From the NCBI GenBank assembly GCA_964550945.1, contig CAZKBD010000006.1, positions 1 to 41,078 on the forward strand: a DNA stretch of 41,078 bases, in the 5' to 3' direction. Both the position numbers and the translations under genes were made by a program. Below the pieces are notes generated by a model. The model was not told where the DNA came from and did no database searches. It was given only the letters and a program-made list of their open reading frames with translations. Source of the DNA: an uncultured Methanosarcinales archaeon. Lineage in GTDB: Archaea; Nanobdellota; Nanobdellia; Woesearchaeales; CAZKBD01. Shown one piece after another: positions 40,382 to 41,078 of this stretch (position 1 is the stretch's first letter; every line of letters begins with the position of its first letter).

Positions 40382-41078
40382 TTAAAATTTCTTTTTTGTA
40401 ACTGTGACAGGGCTTTTTTTCAGCATGCTTAGCGCTTCATTCCATCTAAGCAGCTTTGTTTTAGCCCCATGATGGCTTATTACTGATTCAGAATTGATTA
40501 TGCCTAACTTAATTGCAAACTCTATGCTGTTCTTTTTGATCATGCCGGCTAAAAAAGAAGAAGCAAAAGCATCTCCTGCCCCAGTTGTTTCAACAACTCT
40601 CACATCATGAGGCTTGCCTATATACAAAAAATTTCCATCATAGCAATTGACATCCTTATGGCCGTTTGTTATCACAACTATCTTAGGCCCTAGCTTATGA
40701 AGGCCTTCTAATCTGGCTTTTATATCATGGTTAGGGATGATATGTCCTGCTTCTTCATAATTCAGAATGAATATATCTGTTCTTTTTAGTATCTCTTTAA
40801 GGTAATTCGCTCCTTTTTTTGCTAAGTATTCGCTTGTATTAAACGATATTTTTATCTTGTTTTTTTCAGCAAATTTTGCTAACTTGACTAAACTATCAAA
40901 GGCATCTCCCATCATTGACGAGAAATAAAACCATTTAGCCTTTAGCTTTTTTAGATTAACTTTATTGTAACTGAAGCAATTGTTCACTCCTTTGTACGCT
41001 AATATTGTCCTGTCATGCTCTAAAGAATCCAAAATCACAGAATAACCGCTGGTTCCTTTTTCTTTGTATGCCAGCACA
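40382..41078 (-). CDS. PfkB/ribokinase-family carbohydrate kinase (5' end outside window)
   Basis: LNYEEA, VITNG, VVETTGAGDAFASSF. Confidence 0.9.
   Translation of the reverse strand, partial: VLAYKEKGTSGYSVILDSLEHDRTILAYKGVNNCFSYNKVNLKKLKAKWFYFSSMMGDAFDSLVKLAKFAEKNKIKISFNTSEYLAKKGANYLKEILKRTDIFILNYEEAGHIIPNHDIKARLEGLHKLGPKIVVITNGHKDVNCYDGNFLYIGKPHDVRVVETTGAGDAFASSFLAGMIKKNSIEFAIKLGIINSESVISHHGAKTKLLRWNEALSMLKKSPVTVTKKKF

Overview
AT-rich archaeal chromosomal segment, most likely a DPANN (Woesearchaeota-like) metagenome assembly. The archaeal call rests on TFB, BRE/TATA promoters and intron-containing tRNAs; the lineage is inferred from gene content. There is one 100-N scaffold gap. From left to right: (1) an ~11.5-kb minus-strand cluster of three giant surface/secreted protein genes (Calx-beta + GH17 lipoprotein, a PKD/Ig/Cys-Asp-repeat adhesin, and a 1215-aa orphan); (2) two coiled-coil hypotheticals, a wHTH protein and a membrane protein; (3) a complete de novo UMP cluster carA-carB-pyrB-pyrI-pyrD-pyrK-pyrC-pyrE-pyrF, interrupted by two MNT-HEPN toxin-antitoxin modules and a YhcG/DUF1016 pseudogene; (4) LOG, HemK, kinase-like, MGMT, tfb, tRNA-Ser(TGA), Fic, AMP phosphorylase, AI-2E transporter, tRNA-Val(GAC), two paralogous membrane proteins, pcm, a small Zn-ribbon ORF and a partial PfkB kinase. 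The most striking unexplained signal is a family of small nested palindromic elements with the skeleton TCA-stem-TGA-nyATGC-TCA-stem-TGACAT. It occurs intergenically, as a 150-bp in-frame insertion with a 6-bp direct repeat at the pyrD start, and inside a T-loop (59/60) tRNA intron.
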